Source: Octopus vulgaris (taxonomy: Eukaryota). From it: a stretch of DNA of 64,000 nucleotides. Where the stretch lies: assembly GCA_951406725.2 (NCBI GenBank), contig OX597837.1:20212001-20276000 (forward strand), written 5' to 3'. Position 1 is the first letter of the stretch. Every line of letters begins with the position of its first letter. Of this stretch, positions 15,316 through 32,713 are shown one piece after another. The notes below the pieces were generated by a model. The model was not told the origin of the DNA. It searched no databases and saw only the letters and a program-made list of their open reading frames with translations. A program made the translations under genes and the position numbers.

Positions 15316-15706
15316 TCTTTTACTCTTTTACTTGTTTCAGTCATTTGACTGCGGCCATGCTGGACCACCGCCTTTAATCGAGCAAATCCACCCCGGGACT
15401 TATTCTTTGTAAGCCCAGTACTTATTTTATCGGTCTCTTTTGCCGAACCGCTAAGTGACGGGGACATAAACACGCCAGCATCGGTTCTCAAGCGATGTTG
15501 GATGGGACAAACACAGACACACAAACATACACGCACATATATATATATACATATATACGACGGGCTTCTTTCAGTTTCCGTCTACCAAATCCACTCACAA
15601 AGCTTTGGTCGGCCCGAGGCTACAGTAGAGGGTACTTGCCCAAGGTGCCACGCAGTGGGACTGAACCCGGAACGATGTGGTTGGTAAACAAGCTACTTAC
15701 CACACG
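15314..15706 (-). mobile_element. SINE family A
   Basis: Homology to the other copies. Confidence 0.85.
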
Positions 15707-15712
15707 TCAGCT

Positions 15713-15918
15713 CCGTCTGGCACCTGTGCGGGTGGCACGTAAAAAGCACCCACTACACTCAAGGAGTGGTTGGCGTTAGGAAGGGCATCCAGCCGTAGAA
15801 ACACTGCCAGATCAGACTGGGCCTGATGCAGCCTTCTGGCTTCACAGACCCCAGTTGAACCGTCCAACCCATGCTAGCATGGAAAGCCGACGCTAAATGA
15901 TGATGATGAGGATGATGA
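15713..15918 (+). mobile_element. 3' part of an RTE-related SINE
   Basis: Motif ggcgttaggaagggcatccagccgta and a (TGA)n tail. Confidence 0.55.
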
Positions 15919-15985
15919 TATATTACTTTATTATCTCCCCTTTTCCCTACCTCTCCTATGTGACCCCTCTGTCCAGCATTCGCCA

Positions 15986-16143
15986 TGATGCATCGGTAGC
16001 CACTACACGTTCTTTACTTTCTCTCCTTGTTTCTTTCTGTGTTCCTTTCTGTGGAAGAGCGTAGGCTCGAAACGTTAAAGACTTTTTCACTTCCCGAGCG
16101 TTAAACTAATACAACTGTTCCGTCTTTTTTTTTTGTGAATTCT

Positions 16144-16147
<4 letters not shown>
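15986..16147 (+). mobile_element. Hammerhead-like pLTR-type repeat, copy 2
   Basis: cttt ctgtggaa gagc gtag gctc gaaa cg tt aaag. Confidence 0.65.
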
Positions 16148-16206
<59 letters not shown>

Positions 16207-16360
16207 TGTGTGTTTGTTAGAACATGTTTGGGCACAGTGATACTGATAGTATAGTGTTACGACTGAATATACATATGCTGGAGTGTAAAGTGTTAGAGGA
16301 GTACAGAGCGTCATACGAAATTAAACAGAGATGACAGGAAAACAGGAATTACCTGGTCTC

Positions 16361-18940
<2,580 letters not shown>

Positions 18941-19304
18941 GTGCGTGCGAAAGTAAAGAGTGTTATAATTAAAAGGCAGGTTAGGTCGTGTGTGTTTATG
19001 CGATATTTATGTAATAGATCCAGAGACGGATTTGCATCTACGCATTATTTCTATATTTCAAAAAGACGTATATATGCTCGCACACACGCACACACACACA
19101 CACACACACACTCACAGGCAAACACGCCGGCTGTTATTCGATGTATTCAGGTGAGTATAGAGTTGCACATTTGCTTATATAGCTCCGTACATATTTCTTG
19201 CTCATCACCTTCTCCTCTGCAGCAACATCAGACACACCCCAATAAGAAAGAAATACACTTAAGATGCCAGCAGCACCTGCAACTATCACGACGGCTATAT
19301 TATA

Positions 19305-19339
<35 letters not shown>

Positions 19340-19347
19340 CACCACCA

Positions 19348-19404
<57 letters not shown>

Positions 19405-19525
19405 CACCACTACTACTACTACAACTACTACTACTACTACTACCACCACCACCACCACCACCACTACTACTACTACTACCACCACCACCACCACTACTAC
19501 TACTATAACTACTACCACCACCACC

Positions 19526-19566
<41 letters not shown>

Positions 19567-19567
19567 C

Positions 19568-19635
<68 letters not shown>

Positions 19636-19675
19636 CACTACTACTACTACTATAACTACTACCACCACCACCACC

Positions 19676-19730
<55 letters not shown>

Positions 19731-19992
19731 TAAACTACTACCACCACCACCACCACCACCACCACTACTACTACTACTACTAGTAGTAGTAGTGCTAGTA
19801 GTGCTGCTACTGCTGCTGCCGCTACTATTGCTGCTACTGCTGCTGCTGCTACCACCACTACCACCACCATCACCACCACCACCATCACCACCACCACCAT
19901 CACCACCACCACCATCACCACCACTACTACTTTTACTACTACTACTACTACTAATAATAATAATTATAATAATAATTATAATAATAATAATA
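19305..19992. repeat. (CTA)n/(CCA)n/(TAA)n trinucleotide tract
   Basis: Visible directly. Confidence 0.95.
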
Positions 19993-20813
19993 ATCCTTTC
20001 TACTATAGGCATAAGGCCTGAAATTTGAGGTGGGGGGACTAGTCGATTACATCGACCCCAAAGTTTCGCTGGTACATAATTTATCAACTCCGAAAGGATG
20101 AAAGTCAAAGTCGAGCTTGGCAGAATTTGAACTTGGAACGTAGCGGCAGACGAAATACCAGTCAGCATTTCGCCCGGCGTGCTAACGATTCTGCCATCTT
20201 GCGGCCATGGTCTCAAATTTTGCCACAAGGGCAACGATTTTAGATGAGGTGATGAATCGATTACATCGACCCCAGTGTTTCACTGGTACTTAATTTATCG
20301 ACTTCGAAAGAATGAAAGGTAAAGTCGACCTCGGCAGAATTAGAACACAGAACGTAGTGGCAGACCAAATACTGCTGCGCATTTTGCGGCGTACTAACGA
20401 TTCTCGCAGCTCTCCTTTCTACTATAGGGACAAGGGTGGAGGGGTATAGTCAATTACATCAGCCCCAGTGTGTAACTGGTAATTGATTTATCAATCCCGA
20501 AAGGATGAAAGGCAAAGTCGACCTCGACGCAATTTGAACTCAGAACTTAGCGACGGGCGAATAATACCGCTGAGCAATGCTTACGATTTTGCTAGCTTGC
20601 CGCCTTAATAATCTTTTCTACTATAGGCACAAGGCATGAAATTTGAGGGGAGGGGGACTTAGTCAATTACATAAGCCAGAAAGGCAGGCAAAGTCAGCCC
20701 CGGTGGAATTTGAACTCAGACATTAAAGACAGACAAAATGCCGTTGAGCATTTCGCCCCGCGTGCTAACGATTCTGCCTTCTCGACGCCTTAATAATAAA
20801 TAATAACAGTAGC

Positions 20814-20864
<51 letters not shown>

Positions 20865-21030
20865 CCTTTCTACTATAAGGCACAGGACCCGAAATTTGGT
20901 GGAGGGAGCTAGTCGATTAGATCGTCATTTGAGCTCAACTGGTACTTATTTAATCGACCTCCGGAAGGGGGAAAAGATTAAAGTCAACGTCGTTGGGATT
21001 TGAACTCAGAACGTACAGACAGACAAAAAG
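19993..21030 (-). mobile_element. Cluster of five co-oriented SINE family B copies
   Basis: Recurrent ctttctactataggcacaagg...gattacatcgacccc...aaagtcgacctcggc...tttgaactcagaacg units starting near 19993, 20205, 20413, 20611 and 20865. Confidence 0.8.
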
Positions 21031-21191
21031 CTATATATTTTTAGTGATTGGGCGTCAATCACCCAATCAAAGGCTTGATCGATTTTTATCGATTTCCAAT
21101 TGATTCAAGGTAACGTTGACCTCACTGGGACTTGAAACTGAGCCGGATTGAATGCTACAAAATATATTTTCCGTCGCCGTCACGATTTGCC

Positions 21192-21222
<31 letters not shown>

Positions 21223-22136
21223 ATAGTAGTAGTAGAAGGAAGAGGAGGAGGGGGAGCTGTAGGAGCTGAGGAGTAGTAGCAGCAGCGGCAGCAGCAGCAG
21301 CAACCACCCTCTTTACACCCACCCCGCTACTGTCCATCTGCGTCCCGCTGCTATACAAGTTAGTTGAACAAAAGGTCGTTCACCTCTCATTTGTGTGTAT
21401 ATGTGTGTGTATATGCGTGTGTATATGTGTGTGTGTATGTGTGTGTATGTGTGTGTGTGTGTGTGTTCGTGTGTGTGTGCGATTCTCATGTTTCACGTCA
21501 GTTTCATACTCGTGTACCCCTATCTCACCCAGCCACCCGTCCCTGTCATCACTACACCACCCGCCACCCGTCACACACCCCACCCCAACACATGTCATCG
21601 CCACCCCAACAAACATTGCCCGCCACCATTATTCATCAGTGGAGCTGATGGAAAAACGGGTGGGTGGCTGGTAGTGGAGGTGGAGGTGGTAGTGGGCGAT
21701 GGTGGGGGGGTGCGGGGGGGGGGGGGGGCGATGGTAATGTTATAATTGCGAAGGGTCCTGGCAGGAAGGGTAGTTAATTGGTTACGGTGATGGTGGCGGC
21801 GGCTGTGGTGGTAGTGGTGGTGGTGGTGGTGGTGGTGATGGCGGCGGCGGTGGTGATGGTGGTATTGGTGTTAGTAGTAGTGTAGGTGGTGGTTGCATCA
21901 TATGCATTAGTGTAAGACTAATTGTTTGCAAAAGATATACATGTACGCATGTATGTATGGGTGTGAGTGCGGGTGCGTAAGTGTGTGTACGTGTATGTGT
22001 GCGTGCGTGTGTGTGTGTGTGTGTGTGCATCTGCGTGTATGTGTGTCTATCTGTGTATGCGTGTGTGTGTATCTGTACGGGTATGCGTGTACGTGTGTGT
22101 GTATGTACGTGTATGTGTGTGAGTGTGTGTGTGTGT

Positions 22137-22172
<36 letters not shown>

Positions 22173-22406
22173 ATTTGCGGATCAATTGAGGGTATAAGTT
22201 GACACGCGTACATTTCATGAAGCTCCACAAACAAACAAACTCAAAGACACACACACAAAACACACACACACACACACACACACATACACACACACACACA
22301 CACGTTTATGTGTCAACAAGAAATAATGCGCAGTTGTAAATTATTCTATGGATCTATATTTATAACGCATTAACACAATTGTACACACTTATAGGAGCTG
22401 ATAAAC

Positions 22407-22471
<65 letters not shown>

Positions 22472-22520
22472 TGTATGTATGCATGAATGTATATGTATGT
22501 AAATGTATATGTGTGTGTGT

Positions 22521-22559
<39 letters not shown>

Positions 22560-22564
22560 ATGTA

Positions 22565-22623
<59 letters not shown>

Positions 22624-22627
22624 CTTT

Positions 22628-22870
22628 TTTGTTTCAGTCATTAAACTGCAGCCATGCTGGAGCACCACCTTGAAGTATTGTTAGTCGGGTGTATCGATCC
22701 CAGTTTTTTTTTTACTTTTACGTATTTCCTCAGTCTCTTTCGCTGAACCACTATGTTACGGGGACGCAAACACACCAGCCCCGGTTGCCAAGCGGTGGTG
22801 ATGGGGACGAACACACACAGACACACAGACACGCACACAAACATACATACACACACACTCACACACATAC

Positions 22871-22908
<38 letters not shown>

Positions 22909-23140
22909 GGCGTCCATATATACGATGGGCTTCTTTCAGTTTCCGTCTACCAGACGGGAATTTGTAGATGGAAACTGAAAGAAGCCCGTCGTGTATATAT
23001 ATATATATACATGACTGTGTGTTTAAAAAGCTAGCGTTGTGACTTCGTTATTCCGGGCTTAGATCTGCTGCGTAGCACTTTGGGCAGGTGTATTCTGCTA
23101 CGTCACCAGGCCGACCAGTGCCTTGTAAATGACTTTGATA
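22628..23140. mobile_element. Rearranged SINE family A fragments with an inverted junction
   Basis: Minus-strand 3' half followed by the hairpin gatgggcttctttcagtttccgtctac...gtagatggaaactgaaagaagcccgtc at 22924-22990. Confidence 0.7.
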
Positions 23141-23555
23141 GTGTCATATCTGTGCGTATGTCTGTGTGTGCGTGTACATATCTTTTATTAGCTTCAGCCA
23201 TTAGCCTGCGGTCATGCTGAAGCACCACCTTGAATAATTCAGTAGGACTGAACCTAGGACCATGCGGTTGGGAAGTAAGTTTCTCATAACACAACCGAAT
23301 GATTTATCTGGTTCTCCTGTAGTTGTTTCGTCGAGATTCTTTTTGTGATCAGGTATTTATTATGCACAACATTCGCAAGAGTGCGTACTTGTTATGCAAC
23401 TCCCAACTCATCAGGCTACCAGATAAACAAGCCCGTAATGTCATGTCGACTAACCAACACATCATCCACAAGTGAAATTTCTAATCGGAATTACCAACAT
23501 CTAAGAAATACAAAGCCATTTGGGCTACAGAATGAAGTTGCAAGTATAATTTTAA

Positions 23556-23962
23556 AGCGACGAGCTGGCAGGATCGTTAGCATGCCAGGCGAAGTGCTTA
23601 GCGGTATTTCGTCAGCCGTTACGTTCTGAGTTCAAATTCCGCCGAGGTCGACTTTGCCTTTTATCCTTTCGAGGTCGATCAAATAAGTACCAATTACGCA
23701 CTGGGGTCGATGTAATCGACTTAATCCGTGTGTCTGTCCTTGTTTGTCCCCTCTATATTTAGCCCCTTTTGGGCAGTAAAGAAATCGGTATTTCGTCTGC
23801 TGTTACGTTCTGAGTTCGAATTCCGTCGAGATCGACTTTGCCTTTCGTCTTTTCGGGATCGATAAATTAAGTACCAGTTACGCACTGGGGTCGTTGTAGT
23901 CGACTTAATTCCTTTTGTCTGTCCTTCTTTGTCCCCTCTATGTTTGTGGGCAATAAAGAAAT
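23556..23962 (+). mobile_element. Tandem pair of SINE family B (full copy plus 5'-truncated copy)
   Basis: Repeat of ggtatttcgtc...gttacgttctgagttc...aagtacca.ttacgcactggggtcg...taaagaaat. Confidence 0.85.
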
Positions 23963-24283
23963 ATGAATGAATTTGCAAAATGAGGTCGTAAGTTAAAAGC
24001 ATGTCATTAAATTTAGCAGCCTCATTCGTCAAAGCTAGTAATGGTAGAACATGTTTTTATACCAGCGTACAGATGTCGCTGAGCCTGACTTTTGACCCTT
24101 TCAAAACATATCCAAAGAGCAGCCGCCGGCCCTATTCATAAATAAAACAAGAAAGAATTATCTGTGTTGTGCTGTTTTGAGGTTATCTACCGACATTAAG
24201 GATTAGCCTGGTAAATAAATTCCAACGTCATTTATTTACTCAGTTGATTAATCTTAATAAAGTTGCTCCGATTAATTAATTGC

Positions 24284-24329
<46 letters not shown>

Positions 24330-24536
24330 ATGTGCGCGCGTTTGTTCTTGTGTTTCATAACCAGTGTTGGTTTGTTTGCATCCCCGTAATTTAGCGGCAA
24401 AATGAGAATGGTAGAACAAGTACCAGACACCAGTATATGTTCTGGAGTCAAATCGTTGCACTAAAATCATTCGGGACAGTGACCCAGCATAGCTGTAGCT
24501 TAATGAATAAAAAAAATTAAAAGAAAAAGATAAAAG

Positions 24537-24602
<66 letters not shown>

Positions 24603-25461
24603 GATAAAAGTTATTCGATATATTTTGTTTTACTTAATTCCATCAGTAGGACTGCGACCACGCTGGAGCAAGGTTTTGAAGGGTTTAATCGAAAAGAAAT
24701 CAACCCCAGTAGAAATTTAGAAATTTAGAAATTTATTGTCTATGTTGCTGAACCAAGAGGTTACAGGATGTAAACAAACGAATACCGGTTGCCAAGCAGT
24801 GATGGGCAAGAAACACAAAAGTATACACATAGATATATATACATGTTCGACGGCATCTTTCATTTTCCGTTTACCAAATCATTTAATACGGCCCTGGTCA
24901 GCCCAGAGGTATAGTTGAAGACACATACTCAAGGCCCAAGGTGCTACGCAGTGAGAATGAACCCGAAACAAATTGGTTGCAAAGTGAGATTCTTATTCAC
25001 ACAGCCATACCTGTGTGTGTGTGTGTGAGTGTGTATGTGCATACATACACTCATATACACACGCAAACACACACAAACATAAAATGTATACACTAGCAAA
25101 GTCGGTAGGTATAAACGAATACTGAGATACGTAAAAGTTACATAAACATTTACGTATCTAGAATCACACAGCCAGTTTTTTAACACGCACACACACACAA
25201 ACACACTTTCATACACACACACATACATATGCACACAAGCATGCACAAGCACCAACATACATAAAGCTCCCCCACACACACACACACACATACACACACA
25301 CAGACTCACACCCCTGATCCGTATTATAAACTGTATTTTGAACCAGTTTTTAATTCGGTGAACTGATCACGTGGTCTTGAAATAGTTACAAAAAAAAATG
25401 TCATGTGTTTGACTCTGCGTTGATATGATTACATAACCATTAGCGAACAGAGAACTGCTGC

Positions 25462-25494
<33 letters not shown>

Positions 25495-25767
25495 CACTGC
25501 TACTATAGCTGACTGCAACACCACCACCACTAAGACCACCATTCCTACTGCTGCCAATGCGTTACTGCTGCTGCTGCTGCCGCTACCACTACTACTACTA
25601 CAACTACTACTACTATTAACACTACCACTACTGCTTCTGTTACTGTGACCCCCCACTACAACCACCACCACCACCACCACCACCACCACCACTACCACCA
25701 ATACTAGTATTACAACTATTACTATTACTACCATCACGATCGCTACTACTACTACTACTACTACTAT

Positions 25768-25872
<105 letters not shown>

Positions 25873-26182
25873 CATCGCCGCGTCATGTGCCAAATTGTGA
25901 AAACATTGACAAAAGCACTTTTGAAATGGTTTCAGTCTGAAATAAAAGAGTGGAACAGCTTTTAATAATTAGAGCGTCATTTCAATTTTCTTCTGATTTA
26001 ATTATAGCCGCGTGGTGACAAAGTTTACTTCGAAGTCACGTGGTTCCGACATTGACCAATGCTTTGTGAGCAGAACTTGCAAAAGCGAAAACAGTGCGGA
26101 GGCTTTTCATGTGTTCGTGTGTGTGTGTGTGTGTGGCTGTTCATGCGTGCTTGTGCGTGTATGTGTGTCTGTGTGTGGATGT

Positions 26183-26267
<85 letters not shown>

Positions 26268-26797
26268 CCAGCATGACCGCACTTTAAAGCTGAAACAAAT
26301 CCAAAAGTTATATATATGTGTGTGTATGTGTGTGCGTGTATATGTATGTGTATATATATATATATATATTCTTATTTAAAATAGACTCATGGGTGTGTAT
26401 TCTCTTTCCATGCGAAAACGGTTGCACGAATTGTTTCCATATTTGGGATGCATGAATAACTTGACCTACGGTCTTCAGTTTATATTTTCATTAAAAATAA
26501 ATAATATTGCTTTATATATATGATTAACTTCCTTTAGAAAGGTTTCTCAATGTCAGCTTCTGGCAATGACGTAGCAACAGCGAAATCTTCCGTTTTCGTT
26601 TGCAAAACTTCTCACTCTCTATTTTAATATTTTAATTTCAAGTTTTAATTCGCTATTTGCAAACAACTACGATAAATTACTGAAAGAAATAATTTACTAA
26701 GTTCACAAATTTAAATATTCGGTACAAGAATGTTTTTAACGAGCTTTTAGTTATACGGTTTTTTCATTTCATGTTTGTTTCATTCATTGTTTGCAAT

Positions 26798-26870
<73 letters not shown>

Positions 26871-27289
26871 ATATCTCTATCTCTATCACACACACTCCAG
26901 GTTTGATTTCGTTATTACACAAATATCACAGAATTTTGCAATTCAACATGAAGCATCCAAAAAATATGGCCGTTCTTTTGCTTGAACCAGCACACTTCTT
27001 TAATTTCCGTGAAAATGTTTTGTCTATTTACTTTGCGTGCGCTGTGTCCTGCTCTATGTACTTGTAGTCAATCACACATGCACACGTATGTTTTAGTATG
27101 TACGTTTGTATACATATATGTATGTATGTGTTTGTGTGTGTGTGTATGTGTGAGAGAGAGTGAGTGAAGGGTGTATTGTCATGTATACGTACATATATAA
27201 ATACATATGCATACATCTTTTTTGTATGTATGTGTGCGTGCGTGAGAGAGAGACAGAAAGAGAGAGAGAGAGAAAGAGAGCGATGTCTA

Positions 27290-29527
27290 ATAAAAATGAC
27301 GAAGTTGTGCGGTATGACGGAGGAAACTACATCAGACTTTTTGGTGCATCTTCAATGTTCTCATTCAAGAGAGGTACTCACTCATCATTCATCTGAGCGT
27401 CCATCAAAAGAATGACCACAGGGTTATTTTCACAAAGCAAGCAGCCTTACAACAAGCACTTTCTCCAAAAGAAACTACCCTTACTGCCTTTTTTCAAGTT
27501 GTGGCAAGTAGATGAAGATACAAGAAAACTCCTTTACCCAAAATTACCCAAGTATTACACATGGAGAAACAATAAATGGCACCAGAGGAAACGTGAGGGC
27601 TGACGTTCTTGCAAGAGTTAACAGTGTCCCCCCAAGCCAAGCAGAATGCTACAACTTACGACTCCTTTTGCATGAAGTACGTGGTCCCAAATCATTCCAA
27701 GATTCGAGGAGGGTAAATGGTCATGTGTGAGAAACTTATAGGAAAGCACGCTATCAACAAGATATTTTTAGAAAATGATGAGCATTGGGATCTTGCATTG
27801 ACTGAAGCATCGGTATCAGATTCTCCAAGGGAACTCCGTTACCATTTTGCAATTATACTGAACATGTGTCAACTTGGCAGTTCCCTACAGCTTTGGAGGA
27901 AACATCGTGAGGGCTAACCCAGATATCAATATTCAGTTCTCTGAAAGAATTCTTAATGAAGCACTGATTGAAACTGAAAATCAAGCTTTGGTCATGGGGA
28001 GACAAAAATTTGCCAGAGTCTGGCTCTGGAATGCCAAAAACAAACTAATTAGTGATTTAGAGACAGCAAGAGAGAGAAATTATGACATCACAGACTTGGC
28101 TGCATTTGTGAATGAACCTAAACTTCTTCCAGAACAACGCTGTGCATATTATTGTTATTATTATTTCGTCTGTCAGAGAGAAAAGTAGAAGAATTTTCTT
28201 TCTTGATGCTCCCGCTGACACAGGTAAAACATTTGTAACAACATTGTTTCTCTCCAAGGTGAGGCAGCAAAAAAGAATTGTAGCTGCTGTAGCATCGTCT
28301 AGCTTTGCTGCCATCATTCTCCCTGGAGGACAAACAGCTCATTCTACTTTTAAATCACCGCTAAACCTGGTCACAAATAACTGCCCACTTTGTAGCATAA
28401 ACAAAGGCTCAGGTTCAGCAGAAGTGTTGCGCCAATGCCATCTGACCATTTGGGATGAATGCACCATGTCACACAGACATAAGAGGCAACAATGAATCTA
28501 TGGAAGGATTTACATTAGTTTTATCAGGAGATTTCAGACAGACATTACTAGTCATTCCGAGACGAACAAAACCTGATGAAATAAAAACATGCATTAAATC
28601 TTCACACCTATGGAATAAAGTGCAGAAATTCTCCTTCAATACTAATGTGCGAGCTTTATTGCACGGGGACCAATGTGCAGAACAGTTTTCAACCTGGCTC
28701 CTCCAATTAGGAAATGGCTAAGAACTATTTGATGGGAATGGTGATAGTTTGGCTCATATTGCTATCGTTGTGAATTCCTCAGTTGAATTTAAGTAATAAT
28801 TATAATTCACATAAATGGTTTGTGAAAGGGCAATTCTTGCTCCAAAAAATTAAAGTGTAGCAAGGATTAACCATGAATTAATGAATAAGATTCCAACAGT
28901 CATTGAAGAGTACAAATCAATTTATTCAGTCCTTGAGGAAAATCAAGTTGTCCATTACCCAACAGAATTCCTCAATTCTCTTGAGCCACCTGGAACTCCT
29001 CCACATAAACTTTTTCTGAAGGTTGGAGTCATAATGATGCTTTTAAGAAATTTAGATCCTCCTAAATTATGCAATGGGACAAAGTTGGTTGTGAAGACAT
29101 TATCACCTAATGTGAAAGAAGCAACCATCATCACTGGATGTGCCTCTGGGGAAGAGGTTTTCATTCGAAGAATTCCAATTAAACCAACAGACATATCATT
29201 TGAGTTCAGACGAACAGAATTTCCAGTGCGACTTTGCTTTGCAATGTCTATTAATAAAGCTCAAGGTCAGACTTTGAAACCTACTGGTTTGCACTTAATT
29301 GAACCTTGTTTTTCTCATGGTCAACTTTATGTTAGTTGATAGTTCGCAAGACTTATTTGTCTATTGTCCAAACCAGGAAACAAAGAATGTTGTTTACCCA
29401 GAAGCTCTTATGAAATTCCCTTCAACATATGTGATAGAATTTATCCCTTTTCATAAAAGTGGTAAATTTTGTATTTTCCTTTTGTTTTTTGGTTTTTTTT
29501 TGTATCATCACCATCATCATCATCATC

Positions 29528-29595
<68 letters not shown>

Positions 29596-29621
29596 CGGCC
29601 GCAGCAGCAGGAGGAGGAGGT

Positions 29622-29673
<52 letters not shown>

Positions 29674-29867
29674 TAGTAATAGTAGTAGTAGTAGTAGTAG
29701 TATGTATTATGAATTCAGAATTGATTTCCCAGTTAAAGAATAAATTTAACGTTTTTGAAGAATAAATTGAATATCAAATAACAAATTTCTATACAACATA
29801 TTTTGCGTTTTTCTTCCAATATATAAGGAACAATTTCATTCGGGGCAACGCCGAGTACCTCTGTTAG
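27290..29867 (+). mobile_element. Helitron 3' half: decayed Rep C-terminus plus PIF1 helicase and 3' terminus
   Basis: Motifs LLYPKLPKYYTW, ECYNLRLLLHEVRGPKSF, FFLDAPADTGKTF, LPGGQTAHSTF, IWDECTM, GDFRQTL, LLRNLDPPKLCNGT and FAMSINKAQGQTL...HGQLYV. 3' GC-rich segment cggggcaacgccg followed by TTAG|T at 29864-29868. Confidence 0.93.
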
Positions 29868-29871
29868 TATT

Positions 29872-30070
29872 TTCATTTGTTTGTTTCAGACATCTGACTG
29901 CGGCCATGTCGGAGCACCGCCTTTAGTCGATCCAATCGATCCCAGCACTTATTCTTTGTAACCTAGTACTTATTCTATCGGTACCTTTTGCTGAACCGCT
30001 AAGTTACGGGGATGTAAACACACCAGCATCGGTTGTCAAGCGACGGTAGGAGAACAAACACACACGCACA
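29872..30070 (-). mobile_element. SINE family A 3' half
   Basis: Homology to the other copies. Confidence 0.8.
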
Positions 30071-30099
30071 TATAGCTACCCAGAGTTTCCAGACCAAAA

Positions 30100-30850
30100 T
30101 ATTGACTTTTAAGCAGATGAAGTTTGAACAGGAAACATAACAATAAACAAAAGTCAAAAGGATGTAAACAAGATATTAATGGTTTATGATGTGACTGGTA
30201 GCCTATTTCTAAATTCCGTCAAGATGTACTTCTTAAAATATGGACATAAAGAAAAAATCCCGTTCCTGAAATTTACGTAGTCGTTGAAGGCTCACAAGTT
30301 CTTTAAGAGATATACATTTTCAAGTGAACATATAAACTTCTTTTGAACCCGGTAATATAGTGTCTGGCTTTGGAGAGGATCCTCCCTTAGATGTCATAGT
30401 TGGTCCCTTCGTCTTTAAGTTTCTACATCAAAGCCGAAAGTGTAGTTGAAAGTCTCTTATCAAGGTGCGTAAAATTCGAAAGATGGTTGGTATATCTGGG
30501 TTTAAATTGGCCTTCCACGTCTCCGATATAACGTTTGATTTCTGTTTGACTGTTGCTGGTAATTATGGTTCATAAACAACTGAGAATATATCATACTTCT
30601 GCCAGAGAAGACATCCAGGGCTGCGTTGGATTGTCTGTTGCTTATTGATATATCTCTTAACATCAGGGGAGCAAGGTAAAGTAATTTTACGATATCTATG
30701 AGTTTATGGGAAGTAAATATCTACTAAGTACAAGGAACATCTACCTACATTTGTTCTAACATTAAGAGAGAAAAGTGGGAGTCTTCTCAGCTTGAAATAA
30801 ATTAATGTTTCGTTAGGAAACCCCGAGAAGCTTTACTTCTGTTTTATATT
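30100..30850 (-). mobile_element. Possible decayed Penelope-like RT fragment
   Basis: YLLP.K.H-like sequence (about 30700-30720) and GFDVE (about 30420-30436) occur in Penelope RT order, next to hammerhead-bearing repeats. No open frame. Confidence 0.4.
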
Positions 30851-30982
30851 ATAAGATTATATGTATGCATATATATATAAAGTTAATCCAAACATGAAAA
30901 CACAAAGAGAAAACACAACAACGCGAGGACGTGGAACAAATATAGAATTATTGGACGCTCAGGAAGGAAGGGAAGAAGGAGG

Positions 30983-31017
30983 GTTTAACGTTTCGAGCGG
31001 AGCTCTTCGTCAGAAAC
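30983..31017 (-). ncRNA. Minimal type I hammerhead ribozyme motif (Penelope type)
   Basis: GUUU CUGACGA A GAGC-UCC-GCUC GAAA CG UU AAAC, with stems I and II and a palindromic stem III. Confidence 0.65.
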
Positions 31018-31131
31018 ATAAGAAAAGGAAAGATCCAGAGAAGGGAAGACGGAGGAAACAAAATCGCCAACGGTACACACTCGGTCACATTTATATATAT
31101 ATATATTTATTTATTTATATATATATATATT

Positions 31132-31165
<34 letters not shown>

Positions 31166-31241
31166 TACATACGTGTATACAAGTCCTTTCTAGTCACAGA
31201 TAGAAAAACCAGTTTTAAAAACCGTACATACTACACACACT

Positions 31242-31274
<33 letters not shown>

Positions 31275-31276
<2 letters not shown>

Positions 31277-31470
31277 CGGGAAGGTTTACGAAAATAAACA
31301 AAGGACGAAGGCAGGAGGAGTACAAACAAACAAATGTATTAGTATGGCGCTCAGGAATAGAAATAGAACAAGTCTTTTACGTTTCGAGCCTACGCTCTTC
31401 GACAGAAAGATACACAGAAAAAAACAAGGAGAGAAAAAAATGCGTGTAGGAGCTAACGATCTTTCATGGC
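31275..31470 (-). mobile_element. Hammerhead-like pLTR-type repeat, copy 3
   Basis: 31373-31410 minus strand: UCUUU CUGUCGAA GAGC-GUAG-GCUC GAAA CG UA AAAGA. Confidence 0.65.
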
Positions 31471-31512
31471 GTCCTGACTTCGGACAGTGGTCAGACGCGA
31501 GACGGATATATA

Positions 31513-31930
31513 CAGTAATCCCTTGCCATATCGTGGTTCATCTGTCTCGCACTCGCGGATTTTTCTGGCTAATATATGTAAATTTATATCGCGGACTCCT
31601 CAGTAAAATGCCTGTTTCTGCGGCCGATAGGTATTTATATATTTTTTAAATTTTAATTATTTCTGTGATAAAATAAGCGGTCTCGCGCCTGAAAATTGAT
31701 AAATTAATAAATAAAAATAGAGTACAGTACTGTATAACACATTAATTAAAATATATTAAAAGAAAATACGTAAGATACCGTCGATGAGTAAACAAAGAAT
31801 TACACATACTGTATGGAAGATGAAACTCGGGAGGCGAACGTGTGTGTTGTTTTGCATTTATAATAAAATAAATAAATACAAATTATAAAATTAATAAAAA
31901 GAAATAACATCCGCGATAGTCGAGGGGTTA

Positions 31931-31933
<3 letters not shown>
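31513..31933. mobile_element. Tc1/pogo-type MITE
   Basis: TIRs cagtaatcccttgccatatcg / cgatagtcgaggggttactg with TA on both sides. Confidence 0.8.
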
Positions 31934-31979
<46 letters not shown>

Positions 31980-32713
31980 TATATATATAACGCACATTAA
32001 TGAAAACATACACTAACAGGGACCATAATTGTCCGAAGATGCCGATCGAGAATTTTTAATAGAGACGCATCAGTTTCGGCAGTTTCCGTTGCCTCATCAG
32101 TTAATACCGCTTGACTGTTCGGCTCTTTGCGGACTCGCTTCGCTATTAGTATTTACGTTTTCATCATCCAAATAATGTGATGATTTAGTGATTCGCTAAT
32201 GTGTATATATGAAATTAATATAAACAGCAGTTTCCTAACATCCTAGTCACATTTACTGACATTTGTAATCCTCTTTTTTGATGAAACATTGCAAACTGCT
32301 TTACTCTTTTACTCGTTTCAGCCATGTGGCTGTGGTCATACTGGAGCATATTAAGCTGTTTATATTAATTTCATATATATATACACATACATTTATCTTT
32401 CATTTTGTTTCGAGCTGATTCGAATACATGGTACTGATAAACCTCAATTATGGCGAAATATCGTATTTACCATTCTCGGTCATTCGGGGCAAATTCTTGT
32501 CTGCTCTGGGTCATTCAGGGTTCTTTAACACTCGGCATCGTGCGAGGAGTTTTCTTTGGACGCTATCCCGCAATAAATGAGCATATAAACAAAACACTAT
32601 ATATACACTATACACACACTATATATACACTATACAACGTCTGAATATTTTCGCAGATGGCTGGTATATAATTATACACTTGTTTCCATGTATTGTGTAT
32701 TGTGTGTAGAAAG

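Noticed and set aside
32063-32106. Hammerhead core CUGAUGA GGCA...UGCC GAAA...GUC on the minus strand
   Set aside because: No stem I pairing. At best a decayed remnant.
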